Shown: positions 40,111-50,280, counted from the stretch's first letter. The stretch: 64,000 bases of DNA from Candidatus Nomurabacteria bacterium (GCA_037134695.1 JBAXLU010000001.1:11551-75550), one strand, 5' to 3'. Program-made: numbers and translations. Notes: generated from the sequence alone by a model not told the origin.

Positions 40111-40572
40111 TCAGAAAGGACGAACCGAGATTCCCGAGCCACCCATATCTTTCGTCGTATAAACGAACCATGGACGCTCTCTTCCTGCTGGAACAATTGT
40201 AAATTCGTGTGTCACTGGCCGACTAGGCTTTGTGAGAAACAAATTCACCAGTATGTATTCCCGACCATCAGCCAATTTCTTGACGACGAGTTCGAGTTCA
40301 CATACAGCTGGCATTCCAGATTTTGCTAAACCTTCAATGGTTTTGCGATTACCGTAGACCTGTACGTTCACCGGATTCGACCTTGGCATGAGTTTATGTC
40401 CGTAGTGGGCATATTCACACCTCAGGAATTCCGAAACGCACCACCGAAAGTCCCACTCGCCAACGCGAGGCAGGGACAGAGAAATGACAATTGGCTTTTG
40501 GTATGGAAAACAATTGCTGGGATTGCGCCCAAGAATTGTTTCATAAACAGCCGGCTTATGTTGCTTGTCCAT
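40111..40572 (-). CDS. hypothetical protein with locally elevated GC
   Basis: 153-aa ORF; Cys/His/Trp-rich, no motif recognised; GC visibly higher (~45-48%) than its neighbours. Confidence 0.35.
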   Translation of the reverse strand: MDKQHKPAVYETILGRNPSNCFPYQKPIVISLSLPRVGEWDFRWCVSEFLRCEYAHYGHKLMPRSNPVNVQVYGNRKTIEGLAKSGMPAVCELELVVKKLADGREYILVNLFLTKPSRPVTHEFTIVPAGRERPWFVYTTKDMGGSGISVRPF

Positions 40573-40779
40573 TTTCTGGACCTTTCATTACAAAGAAGTT
40601 AACCCTCTTTACACCCGCAAAGAGGTATGACAATTATAGCATATTTAATGCTAAATGTCAATAGTAATTTCGTCCATACCCATAAAGCACTAGCGTATTT
40701 GGTAAAAATGTGTTATCATAGCTGACATTGGTAAAAGCGGTGCAACCGCAGGTTGCGTCGCTTTTACATTCATAATTAT

Positions 40780-40828
40780 CTGTATTTAAACTATTAACCA
40801 GTAGCTAGTAACTACCAACCATTCAACC
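40780..40828 (+). promoter_or_regulatory. conserved leader motif upstream of typA
   Basis: CTGTATTTAAACTATTAACCAGTAGCTAGTAACTACCAACCATTCAACC immediately before the ATG. Confidence 0.4.
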
Positions 40829-42616
40829 ATGCAACAAGAAATTCGTAACATCGCCATTATCGCTCACGTTGACCACGGCAAGACCACTCTTACAGATGGG
40901 CTTATGAAGCAGTGTGGTGTTGGTGTTGAAGGCCAAACAATGGACTCTAATCCAATGGAAAAAGAGCGCGGTATTACGATTACTGCGAAGAATACTTCTG
41001 TTCCATATAAAGGTGTAAAGATAAATATTTTGGATACTCCAGGTCACGCGGATTTCGGTTCTGAGGTTGAACGTGTTCTTCGCTCTATTGACTGTGTGTT
41101 GCTTGTCGTAGATGCCCAGGAAGGCCCTATGCCTCAGACACGTTTCGTATTAAAGAAGTCTCTTGAACTTGGTATTAAGCCAATTGTTGTTATAAATAAA
41201 ATTGATAAGCCAGCAGCTGACCCAAAGAAAGTTCACGATGAAGTTTTTGAATTATTTATGGAGCTCGGTGCTAACGATGAACAATTAGATTTTACAACCG
41301 TATATGCTATTGGTCGCCAAGGTATTGCAATGAGAAGTATGGATGATGAAAAGAAAGATTTAACACCATTACTTGATGTGATTCTTGAAAAAGTTCCAAA
41401 GGCAACAGGAAATATAAATAATCCATTTAAGGCGCAGGTGTTTAATCTCGCTTATGATAATTTCCTTGGACGTATGGCTGTAGCTAGAATTTATGATGGT
41501 ATAGCAAAAGTTGGTGAAGAAATTATTGTAAAGAAGGCAACTGGCGAAACAAGAAAAGGTAAAATTACAAAAATTTATACTTTTAATGGTATTGAAAGAG
41601 TGGATGCACAAACTGCTGAGGCGGGGGATATTGCTATGATCGCAGGATTTTCTGATATTTTTATTGGTGAAACTTTTATAAAAAATGCTGATCAGGAACC
41701 GATGGAGGCCATTCATATTGATGAGCCAACTATTGCTCTTCACTTCTTGGTTAATGATTCACCATTTGCTGGTAAGGAAGGAAAATTCGTAACAGGTCGT
41801 CAGATTCGTGATCGTCTTGAGAAAGAACTTGAAATAAACGTCGGTCTTCGTGTTGATTTTGATATGGATAAATATTTAGTTTATGGTCGTGGTGAACTTC
41901 ACATTGGTGTTTTGCTTGAGACAATGCGTCGTGAAGGTTATGAACTTCAAGTTTCACAGCCACAAGTTATTTTCCATGAAAAAGATGGAGTTAAGGAAGA
42001 GCCATATGAAGAACTTGTTATTGATGTACCAGTAGAATCATCTGGTATCGTTATGGAAAAGTTGGGACGCCGTAAAGCGATGATTACTGATATGTCAGAA
42101 AAGCATGGAGTGAATCGTATTAAGGCTGAGATTCCTACTCGTGGATTACTTGGATATCGTGGAGAGTTTGTTATTGATACAAAAGGTCTTGGTATTTTAT
42201 CAGCACGTTATTTAAAGTTTGCCTCATACGCTGGAGAAATTACTCGTCGCCTTGTTGGTTCTATGACTTCAATGGCGAATGGTAAGTCACTAGCTTTCTC
42301 TCTTTGGAATCTTCAAGATAGAGGAGTTATTTATATTCTACCTAACACTGAAGTTTATGAAGGTATGGTTATTGGTAATACTTCAAAAGGTGAAGAGATG
42401 ATGGTGAATCCAACAAAAGGCAAACAACTTTCAAACATGCGTTCTTCTGGTACTGATGAAGCCGTAACTCTTGTTCCAGCTTGGGAAATTACAATTGAAC
42501 GTGGTCTTGAAATTATGAATGCTGATGAATATTTGGAAGTTACACCAAAGTCAGTACGTTTGAGAAAGCAGCTTCTTACCGAGTCCGACCGCGCCAAAGC
42601 TGGAAGAAAGTCATAA
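40829..42616 (+). CDS. typA: translational GTPase TypA/BipA
   Basis: 595-aa ORF; G1 AHVDHGKTTL, G3 DTPGHADF, G4 NKID, EF-G-like domains. Confidence 0.9.
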   Translation: MQQEIRNIAIIAHVDHGKTTLTDGLMKQCGVGVEGQTMDSNPMEKERGITITAKNTSVPYKGVKINILDTPGHADFGSEVERVLRSIDCVLLVVDAQEGPMPQTRFVLKKSLELGIKPIVVINKIDKPAADPKKVHDEVFELFMELGANDEQLDFTTVYAIGRQGIAMRSMDDEKKDLTPLLDVILEKVPKATGNINNPFKAQVFNLAYDNFLGRMAVARIYDGIAKVGEEIIVKKATGETRKGKITKIYTFNGIERVDAQTAEAGDIAMIAGFSDIFIGETFIKNADQEPMEAIHIDEPTIALHFLVNDSPFAGKEGKFVTGRQIRDRLEKELEINVGLRVDFDMDKYLVYGRGELHIGVLLETMRREGYELQVSQPQVIFHEKDGVKEEPYEELVIDVPVESSGIVMEKLGRRKAMITDMSEKHGVNRIKAEIPTRGLLGYRGEFVIDTKGLGILSARYLKFASYAGEITRRLVGSMTSMANGKSLAFSLWNLQDRGVIYILPNTEVYEGMVIGNTSKGEEMMVNPTKGKQLSNMRSSGTDEAVTLVPAWEITIERGLEIMNADEYLEVTPKSVRLRKQLLTESDRAKAGRKS

Positions 42617-42735
42617 ATTATCCATCTACTTTGTCGCTACGAAATTTTTCTTCGTCAACGTAGACCTACTACGTCTCCTAGAAAAATTCCTAAGCTTCGC
42701 GTAGCTGGAGCAATTTCTGACTTTCTTTATAGATA
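42617..42735. repeat. 3'-UTR repeat family E, copy after typA
   Basis: CCATCTACTTTGTCGCTACGAAATTTTTCTTCGTCAACGTAGACCTACTACGTCTCCTAG; its reverse complement is found at 47095-47215. Confidence 0.55.
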
Positions 42736-42766
42736 TTTTTTGAAAATTTTTTGTTATACTTATTAA

Positions 42767-43504
42767 ATGAACAATGGATTTGCAAATACTGGTCCTACAT
42801 CTACTGAATTAAGTCTAGGAAATAATGAAACTTCTCTAGAAAAAAAACAACAAAAGTGGGATGAGAAAATGGCTGAAATGGTGAAACCAGACACATATGG
42901 ATATGTTTTAGATGAAGGAATAAGAGAGACTGTTGTTGCACTGCAATTACTAGGATTTAATACAACTCAATCAGATCAAGGTAATTATGGTAATTCACCA
43001 TGGGTAGAAGTTAAAGGAGTAACACCGGAATATTTTTATAAAGGAGAGAAAGAATTAAGAGTTAGTACTATGTTGCAATTAGGGATTTCACCTGATGAAG
43101 TTGATGAACGTTCTCAATTTTTCAATAAAGAAAAACAGGTTGATCTTGAAGAAGGCGTAAGAAAAAAACTTATGAATGATAATGCTCCATACACTGAGGA
43201 GTATAAAAAGTGGAGAGAAGAAACTCTTATACTTGCTGAGAGGTTAGAAAAAATCATTAAAGAATTTTATTTATCACCACAAAAATCTACAGAACCCTCT
43301 AATCTACATGTTTATGTGCAGTTTCCTTACCGTACTCATAATCATCCTCCATATATACAAGATACTCCGTTTCTTAAAGTAAAAACAAGTTCAAATGAAA
43401 ATCTTTCTGAAGAAGAAAGAAAACAGCTAGTAGCACAAGCTAAAAATGAAATGATACAATTTACGGAATTCCTAAAGGATAGGTATTTTACTGATAATAT
43501 TTAA
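42767..43504 (+). CDS. hypothetical protein
   Basis: 245-aa ORF, hydrophilic, no motif recognised. Confidence 0.3.
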   Translation: MNNGFANTGPTSTELSLGNNETSLEKKQQKWDEKMAEMVKPDTYGYVLDEGIRETVVALQLLGFNTTQSDQGNYGNSPWVEVKGVTPEYFYKGEKELRVSTMLQLGISPDEVDERSQFFNKEKQVDLEEGVRKKLMNDNAPYTEEYKKWREETLILAERLEKIIKEFYLSPQKSTEPSNLHVYVQFPYRTHNHPPYIQDTPFLKVKTSSNENLSEEERKQLVAQAKNEMIQFTEFLKDRYFTDNI

Positions 43505-43559
43505 AATATTATGAAATTGCTGTAAATATAGACAAATTAAAATATGTTAAACTTAAGTC

Positions 43560-44702
43560 ATGCTTCCGAAATCCTTAGAAGGTGATGAAAATAGACAAGA
43601 GGAAATTCCTCCTGAATCTTTTTCTCAATTACTTGCTTTTATAAATAATCTTGAGGTAATTTGTAGACCTCCACCAGAGGTTATTTTTGAAGAAGTTTAT
43701 AATTTAGTTAATAGCGTAATGCCTTATGATCTTAATGCTGCTGAAAAATATGAGAATAGTGTTCTTTTGGAAAGTGGTTTAGATGGATATAACCAAACTA
43801 GAAAAGTATCTTTAACAAACTATTTTAAACTTAATCGCTATGATGAATCTAAGGCAGTGTGCAAACATCAAGCCCTTTTAGTTTCAGTTTTAATTGAAAA
43901 ACTTGTTGAAAATCAAATACTCCCCAACGGGACAAGGGTCACTCGTGGTAGTAATATTGCTTATCTAAAAGAAGATGCCGATGGTCACGCTTGGACTGAT
44001 ATTTTCTTACCAAGGAATGTTGGTGAAAAAGAAAGAGTTTTTATTATTGATGTGGCTCAACATATTGTTGGTGAATTAGTAAATCTTAAAACAGGAAGTT
44101 ATATTAATGGTAAACAATGTAATTTGGGTGGGGAAAATGATGTTTGGTCAGATTCTAAGTTATGGCCGTATCAAAGATTTAATGATGGCGCATCCCCAAA
44201 ACACTTACAAGGAGCATATAGTTTAGTGCTTGAAAATAGACAGCCAGATTTTTTAAAAACAGAACAGCAAAGACATCTCATAACAAGAAATACGAGTGTT
44301 GATAAAGGATATGAATGGGCAGGAGTTGGTGATGCAGCCGTTGTTGTTGATTGGAATAAATATTACACTTCTGGATATAGTGAACTTGAAAAAAGACTTA
44401 CTTTTTCAATATATAAAAGAGTAAAAGAAGGTGATATCGTTATTAAAAAATATTTCTATAATGACTCTTCAGCGGAATCTCCAGAAATTAAAATACAAAC
44501 TGCTCAATCTTTTTCTGCTTTATATTTTTTTATAAATGAATTAGGCACTATACGTGGGAGTCGCCTTACCTATACACCAGAACAGCTTATAGATTTGATA
44601 GACAGGGTTAGAATTGGGAAATTACATTTAGATGTTATAACTTCATCTTTTGGAATACGTGATAAAGTTGAAGAATTACTTGGACAATTTGTAAAACCTT
44701 AA
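43560..44702 (+). CDS. hypothetical protein with transglutaminase-like Cys-His-Asp core
   Basis: 380-aa ORF; AVCKHQALLVSVL ... DGHAWTDIF resembles the papain/transglutaminase-like catalytic arrangement. Confidence 0.4.
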   Translation: MLPKSLEGDENRQEEIPPESFSQLLAFINNLEVICRPPPEVIFEEVYNLVNSVMPYDLNAAEKYENSVLLESGLDGYNQTRKVSLTNYFKLNRYDESKAVCKHQALLVSVLIEKLVENQILPNGTRVTRGSNIAYLKEDADGHAWTDIFLPRNVGEKERVFIIDVAQHIVGELVNLKTGSYINGKQCNLGGENDVWSDSKLWPYQRFNDGASPKHLQGAYSLVLENRQPDFLKTEQQRHLITRNTSVDKGYEWAGVGDAAVVVDWNKYYTSGYSELEKRLTFSIYKRVKEGDIVIKKYFYNDSSAESPEIKIQTAQSFSALYFFINELGTIRGSRLTYTPEQLIDLIDRVRIGKLHLDVITSSFGIRDKVEELLGQFVKP

Positions 44703-44731
44703 TTTAAGAAATAATAGGTTATACTATCTTA

Positions 44732-45238
44732 ATGTATAAACACAAATTAACTAGTAAAGAAAAAAGGGGAGCTATTTATTTTTTACTAGTAATAGGTTTA
44801 TGTTTCATATCTTTATATGGATACAAATGTGTTTCTACAAAAGTTTGTCGGCCATCATTTTTAGAAAATATAGTTCGTAGAAATGTAGAGATTACTTTTT
44901 CGGGCGGAAAAATAAATGCAGTGGTTGCCGACACAAAAGAATCTCGTGAAGAGGGGCTTTCTGGAAAAATTAGTTTAGATGATGGAAAGGGGATGCTTTT
45001 TGATTTTGGTATTCCTGGAAAGTTTGGTTTTTGGATGAAAGACATGCTTTTCCCAATTGATATTATTTGGATTAATAGTAATGGCATTATTGTTGATATT
45101 GTGGAGAATGCATCACCAGAAGATTATCCTACGACTTATATAAATAAAGCGCCAGCGTCTTATGTTCTTGAAATTGGTGCAAATAAAGCAAGAGAATACG
45201 GTTTATTTTTAGGTAGTAAAGTAAATATTGGGAAATAA
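44732..45238 (+). CDS. DUF192-family protein
   Basis: 168-aa ORF; N-terminal TM; GLSGKISLDDGKGMLFDFG...FWMKDMLFPIDIIWINSNGIIVDI matches DUF192. Confidence 0.6.
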   Translation: MYKHKLTSKEKRGAIYFLLVIGLCFISLYGYKCVSTKVCRPSFLENIVRRNVEITFSGGKINAVVADTKESREEGLSGKISLDDGKGMLFDFGIPGKFGFWMKDMLFPIDIIWINSNGIIVDIVENASPEDYPTTYINKAPASYVLEIGANKAREYGLFLGSKVNIGK

Positions 45239-45384
45239 TCTAAACTGGATAATCTGTAAAAGAAAATGCCACCCGTTAGGGTGGCATTCTCATGTGTTCT
45301 TCATCTATAAGCCGAGTTCTGTATTTGTATAGACATTTATCTTGTCTCTACATTGCTGTAAAGATCTAGCGACACTCTCCCAAC

Positions 45385-45515
45385 GCTCCGCATTGGGCGC
45401 AGAAGTACGCAGACTTAACGCTGACTGACGCAGAAGAATGCAATTTGTATTTTTCTGCGACCTTCTGCGTTCGTTCAGCGATGTTCTGCGCTTAATGCGA
45501 AGCATTAAGAGCACG
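45385..45515. repeat. imperfect ~110-bp palindrome built from ACGCAGAAG/ACGCGGAAG units (family D)
   Basis: left arm GCGCAGAAGTACGCAGACTTAACGCTGACTGACGCAGAAGAATGC, right arm is its near reverse complement; same units occur in frame in rplY, pheS, pheT and gyrB; ORFs 45305-45592(-) and 45438-45698(+) here are probably not genes. Confidence 0.6.
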
Positions 45516-45762
45516 GTCTTGCACACACGTATGTATTTAGCCGTTTCAGCCGGACTAAACCGGATCGTTTCTGTTCGCAACACAATGGTCACCCATGATG
45601 GGAATTACCCACTACGCTTGTTATGTAAACATAACTATGTGCTCGGACTTTCCTCACGATATTACTATCGCGCGTCTACCCAACAAAGAACTTTATAACG
45701 ATACTACATTTTTACTAGTATGTCAAAGTTTTTATTTAGTATATGTTATAATATATATTAAT

Positions 45763-47037
45763 ATGATTTTCAAGAACTCAGTATTGCTCGCCATATTTTC
45801 AATGCTTTCGGTATTGCTTGGTATTGTTCGCGACAGACTTTTATCTACCCACGTTGGCGTTGGTCCAATTCTCGATATTTACAATGCATCCTTTAGACTT
45901 CCTGATTTTCTTTATGCAATGTCTTTAGCTTTTGTAACAGCAGGAACTGTTGTTCCTTTTTTAACTATTGAAAATAAATCAGGAAATGTTATTGATTCAC
46001 GTCACAGACTTTCATCCATCTCACTTTTCTTTGCAGGGGTCGCATCGCTTGTTGGTTTATTTATAGTGGTGACAATACCATTTTATGCACATTTAATCGT
46101 CCCTGGATTTACAGCGGAACAGACTGTAACATTTATTAATGTTACAAGAATATTAATGATACAACCGATTTTGCTCGGTATCACATCTTTGATTTCATGT
46201 TTCGCACAAATGAAGAATCACTTTGTTCTTTACGGTATTGCGCCACTTGGTTATTCTCTCGGAATCATCGGTGGCATTATTTATCTTTATCCTATTTATG
46301 GAGTGCACGGATTAATTTATGGAGTAATTATTGGCGCTATTATTTCTTTTTGTATTCAGTTGTATTCATTACGAGGAACAAAATTTATTGAAGTACTTCC
46401 ATATTTTTCTTTCAAACATATTAAAGAACTTTTCAGACTTTCATTTCCACGTACTGGTGTAAATGTTTTGACACAATTAAGAACTATTTTCTTCACAGCT
46501 TTTGCAACGACATTAGGACCGGGAGCTCTTTCTAGTTATTTATTTGCACAAAGAATTACTGATGCTGTGACACAAATTATTCAACAAAGTATTACAACCG
46601 CAAGTTTGCCAGTTCTCTCAAAAGAGTTTGTGGAAAATAGAATACATGAATATAGACGTGTTGTGAAGCAGTATGTTATTATTCTCGGTGCTATTGGATT
46701 TTTTGCATCGGTTACAATTTATTCTTTGCAAGATATTTTTATCACAATTTTATATGGGAATACTCCCGCACATGATTTGATTGCTTTCTTTTTGGTTGGA
46801 TTTTTGATTGCATTACCACTTCAGATGATGATTGGCTATTATTCTATTTCACTTTATTCTGCCAAAGACACAAAAAGTGTTTTTTATTCAAACTTTATTT
46901 CTACATTAGTTGCAGTTTTTGCTTGTTATTCAACACAACAATTAGGTAATATAAGTCTGGTTTATGGAGTCATTGCCATGACCGTTTCTAATTTTGTAGT
47001 TATTTCTCTTTTGTATACCAAGAAAAGACTACTTTAA
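45763..47037 (+). CDS. murJ: lipid II flippase MurJ (MOP superfamily)
   Basis: N-terminus from 45763 (MIFKNSVLLAIFSMLSVLLGIVRDRLLSTHVGVGPILDIYNASFRLPDFL) matches MurJ; multi-pass membrane protein; the ORF-track start 45595 is probably a 5' over-extension into the repeat region. Confidence 0.7.
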   Translation: MIFKNSVLLAIFSMLSVLLGIVRDRLLSTHVGVGPILDIYNASFRLPDFLYAMSLAFVTAGTVVPFLTIENKSGNVIDSRHRLSSISLFFAGVASLVGLFIVVTIPFYAHLIVPGFTAEQTVTFINVTRILMIQPILLGITSLISCFAQMKNHFVLYGIAPLGYSLGIIGGIIYLYPIYGVHGLIYGVIIGAIISFCIQLYSLRGTKFIEVLPYFSFKHIKELFRLSFPRTGVNVLTQLRTIFFTAFATTLGPGALSSYLFAQRITDAVTQIIQQSITTASLPVLSKEFVENRIHEYRRVVKQYVIILGAIGFFASVTIYSLQDIFITILYGNTPAHDLIAFFLVGFLIALPLQMMIGYYSISLYSAKDTKSVFYSNFISTLVAVFACYSTQQLGNISLVYGVIAMTVSNFVVISLLYTKKRLL

Positions 47038-47094
47038 AAAAGAAGCCCATATAAAGAATTTTCCTTTATAATTTCTCTGTTTTCGTGTAGTATG

Positions 47095-47215
47095 TATTGT
47101 ATTAGAAACGTAGTTGTTTGGATGTAATACGCGAAGCACGGAGTTTTTGGAAGAAGACGTAGTAGACCTACGGCGACTGACAAAAACTCCGTGCGACAAA
47201 GTAGGACGCCAAACA
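47095..47215. repeat. 3'-UTR repeat family E, inverted copy upstream of lepA
   Basis: GAAGAAGACGTAGTAGACCTACGGCGACTGACAAAAACTCC is the reverse complement of the core in the 42617 and 60495 copies. Confidence 0.5.
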
Positions 47216-47229
47216 GGTACGTTTACCTT

Positions 47230-49032
47230 ATGGAGATTAGAAACTTTTCAATCATTGCGCATATCGATCACGGAAAATCTACCCTAGCGGATAGGTTACT
47301 TGAAGTTACCTCAACTGTAGACAAGCGTCACATGAAAGAGCAAGTTTTAGACTCAATGGAACTTGAACGTGAGCGTGGTATTACAATTAAAATGACACCC
47401 GTTCGTATGAATTGGAAAGGGCATGACGGCAAGGATTATATTTTGAACTTGATCGACACTCCAGGACATATTGATTTTTCCTATGAAGTATCACGTGCTC
47501 TTCAAGCTGTTGAAGGAACTTTACTTTTGGTTGATTCGACACAGGGCATACAAGCACAAACTCTTACAACTCTTGAGATGGCGAGAAATTCTGGATTAAC
47601 AATTATTCCAGTTATCACAAAAATAGATAGTCCAATTGCGAGACCGGACGACGTGAAAGAAGAAATAATGGAATTACTTAATTGTGAGGAATCTGAGATT
47701 TTAGCGGTATCTGGAAAAACAGGTGAAGGTGTAAAAGAATTGATTGAAGAAATCATTAAAAAAGTACCAGCTCCAAAAAGTGAATTCGTTGACGCTAATG
47801 GTAAAGAAACTCGTGCACTTATTTTTGACTTTGAATATAGTAATCACATGGGTGTTATTTTGTATGTGCGAGTACTTGATGGAAACATAAAAGCAGGCGA
47901 CACACTTTTATTTATTCAATCAAAAGCAAAATTTATTATTCGTGAAGTTGGTACATTTTCTCCAGAGAAGCGTGAGACTGGAGTTGTACAAGCAGGTGAG
48001 ATTGGTTATATAGTCACTGGAATTAAAGAGCCAGGTATCGCTCGTGTTGGAGATACTGTTACAACATTTTCAAAACCGCTTCCTGCTTTTCCTGGTTATG
48101 CTGAACCGGTACCAATTGTTTTTGCATCTATTTATCCTGAGTCACAAGATGAATTTAATGATTTAAGATCTTCACTTTCAAAATTAAAATTATCTGACTC
48201 ATCTCTTACTTTTGAAGAAGAATCTTCCGGCGCGCTTGGTCGTGGTTTTAGATGTGGCTTTCTTGGAATGCTTCACTTGGAAATTATTACAGAGAGACTA
48301 AGACGCGAATTTGATCAAGAGCTTGTAGTGACTACACCATCTATTACTTATGAAGTGACATTAAAAAATGGTGAGGTAGAAATGGTTTATACGCCTATAC
48401 ATTTTCCTGATCATGGTATGTATACATCAGTTCGTGAACCATGGATTATTTTGACCATTATCACCCCACATGATTATGTAAGCCCACTTATGCAACTCTT
48501 TCCACCACATGAGGCTACAGTGTCAGATTTAGCCGATTGGGGGCATGATAGAGTCAAGATAACCTTAAATATGCCTCTTCGTGAGCTTATGCGAAATTTC
48601 TTTAATGAAGTAAAATCTGCCTCAAGTGGCTATGCTTCTTTGGTTTATGAAAAAGGGGAAATGCGACCAGCTGATGTTACAAGATTAGACGTTTATGTAG
48701 CAGAAGAAAGAGTGGCTGCTTTTTCTCGTGTGATACCAGAATACAGAGCGCGTGAGGAAAGTGAGGAAGTTGTAGAGAAACTTGAAAAGATTTTACCAAC
48801 AGAAATGTTCCGTGTAAAAATACAAGCTTACGTTCATGGAAAAATTGTTTCTTCTCGTTCTATTGCGCCAATGAAAAAAGATGTGACTGGGTATATGTAT
48901 GGAGGAGATATTACTCGAAAGATGAAATTACGTGAAAAGCAAAAAAGAGGGAAGGATAGAATGGAGAGAGAGGGGAAGGTACACATATCTCATGATACAT
49001 TCCTCTCCATGATGAAACCAGGAGAGAAGTAG
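47230..49032 (+). CDS. lepA: elongation factor 4
   Basis: ORF 47191-49032; conserved start MEIRNFSIIAHIDHGKSTL at 47230; DTPGH, NKID, LepA-specific C-terminal domain. Confidence 0.9.
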   Translation: MEIRNFSIIAHIDHGKSTLADRLLEVTSTVDKRHMKEQVLDSMELERERGITIKMTPVRMNWKGHDGKDYILNLIDTPGHIDFSYEVSRALQAVEGTLLLVDSTQGIQAQTLTTLEMARNSGLTIIPVITKIDSPIARPDDVKEEIMELLNCEESEILAVSGKTGEGVKELIEEIIKKVPAPKSEFVDANGKETRALIFDFEYSNHMGVILYVRVLDGNIKAGDTLLFIQSKAKFIIREVGTFSPEKRETGVVQAGEIGYIVTGIKEPGIARVGDTVTTFSKPLPAFPGYAEPVPIVFASIYPESQDEFNDLRSSLSKLKLSDSSLTFEEESSGALGRGFRCGFLGMLHLEIITERLRREFDQELVVTTPSITYEVTLKNGEVEMVYTPIHFPDHGMYTSVREPWIILTIITPHDYVSPLMQLFPPHEATVSDLADWGHDRVKITLNMPLRELMRNFFNEVKSASSGYASLVYEKGEMRPADVTRLDVYVAEERVAAFSRVIPEYRAREESEEVVEKLEKILPTEMFRVKIQAYVHGKIVSSRSIAPMKKDVTGYMYGGDITRKMKLREKQKRGKDRMEREGKVHISHDTFLSMMKPGEK

Positions 49033-49172
49033 TTCCAAAAATGCTTCATCTACTTTGTTACGGGTCCCTGCTCGCTCGTCAATGTACTATTAAGTACTTC
49101 TTCTTTCAAAATTAACTTCGTCCAAGACGTGAACCTACTGGTTCAGCCTCGTATCTAAAGCATTTTTGGAAC
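49032..49172. repeat. 3'-UTR repeat family E, copy after lepA, bounded by 15-bp inverted repeats
   Basis: GTTCCAAAAATGCTT...CATCTACTTTGTT...CTCGCTCGTCAATGTACTATTAAGTAC...CCTCGTATCTAAAGCATTTTTGGAAC. Confidence 0.6.
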
Positions 49173-49283
49173 TACTTAAGTTCGAGATCTGAATAATATT
49201 AAAGCTATTATTATTCACCTAATATCTGAATCATTTTTAGTCCGATGGTAAGCCTAAAATATTTAGTGATATACTTTTAATAT

Positions 49284-49874
49284 ATGAAAACAATAAAGAC
49301 ATTAACACTGGTTTCTGTTCTTGTATTTGGAATGACTACCTCAGCTTTCGCATCATGGTGGAATCCATTTAGTTGGGGTTGGTTTAAAAAGAATTCTCCA
49401 AAAGTGCAAGTTGTTTAAACTGAAGTGGTAAGTTCAACTGAAAAAGTTAGTAATGATTTAACGACAGGAAATGCAACAGAAGAAATGAAGGGGTGGAAGA
49501 CTTATACAAATTCTCAGTATGGATTTGAGATTAAATTACCTTCTAGATGGGTAAATGTTCAAGATAAAGAGATTGTCGTTAATGATAAACATAAATATAT
49601 TAATTTTAATCTTAAAACAAAATCAGGAGGAATCGGTGCTGTTTTTTCAATAGACGTGTTTGCGGAGCAAGAGTGGGATAAATCAGTGAAAGAAGATCCT
49701 CTGTTTGGAGTGATAAAGATTGCAGAAAAAAATGGATATGTATTTGGATATACCAAAGGTCAAGACGATGGGGGTTATTTAGGCTTCCCAGAAGTTATAC
49801 CCAATGAAGCCTACAAGGGGCCTTATTATGATGTTAGTAATTTAATTATTCCAACATTTAAATTTATTAAATAA
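49284..49874 (+). pseudogene. secreted-protein gene interrupted by a single in-frame TAA (or sequencing error)
   Basis: 49284-49415 encodes a signal peptide MKTIKTLTLVSVLVFGMTTSAFA...; TAA at 49416-49418; the same frame continues as the annotated 49425-49874 ORF (GTG start). Confidence 0.4.
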
Positions 49875-49878
49875 AAAT

Positions 49879-50280
49879 ATGGTGTATTATGGACGAATTC
49901 CTTTTAGAAGACCAAAAAGCATTTCGACAGGACAGCTTGTTTTGTTGATGACAGCTTTTCCTTTTATTCTTGCTGTTTTATTTGTAGTCGCACGTGCTCT
50001 TACAAAATATGTAGTATGTCCAGCATTAATCAACACCAGTTCTCTTTGTGGAGGGTATTACAATGTAGGAATGTTACTGATTATATTTTTTACTTTTCTT
50101 ATAATTTCCTTCCTTATTTTTATAATTATAGTTGTAAAGAGATTTTCTAGTAGAAATAATCTTAAAAATCTTTCTCAATTTCAAGAGTCAAAAAATAAGA
50201 TTTTACAAATGGTAAAAGATTCTAATCCAAATATTACTGATGAAGAATTAGATAGAATAATGAAACAAGCAGGTGTTTAA
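49879..50280 (+). CDS. hypothetical membrane protein
   Basis: 133-aa ORF with two hydrophobic segments. Confidence 0.3.
   Translation: MVYYGRIPFRRPKSISTGQLVLLMTAFPFILAVLFVVARALTKYVVCPALINTSSLCGGYYNVGMLLIIFFTFLIISFLIFIIIVVKRFSSRNNLKNLSQFQESKNKILQMVKDSNPNITDEELDRIMKQAGV

Noticed and set aside
45385-45515. CRISPR array made of the ACGCAGAA/ACGCGGAAG units
   Set aside because: Units are irregularly spaced and arranged as a palindrome, not as equal-length repeats separated by unique spacers. The same units occur in frame inside pheS, pheT, gyrB and rplY. No cas genes are present.
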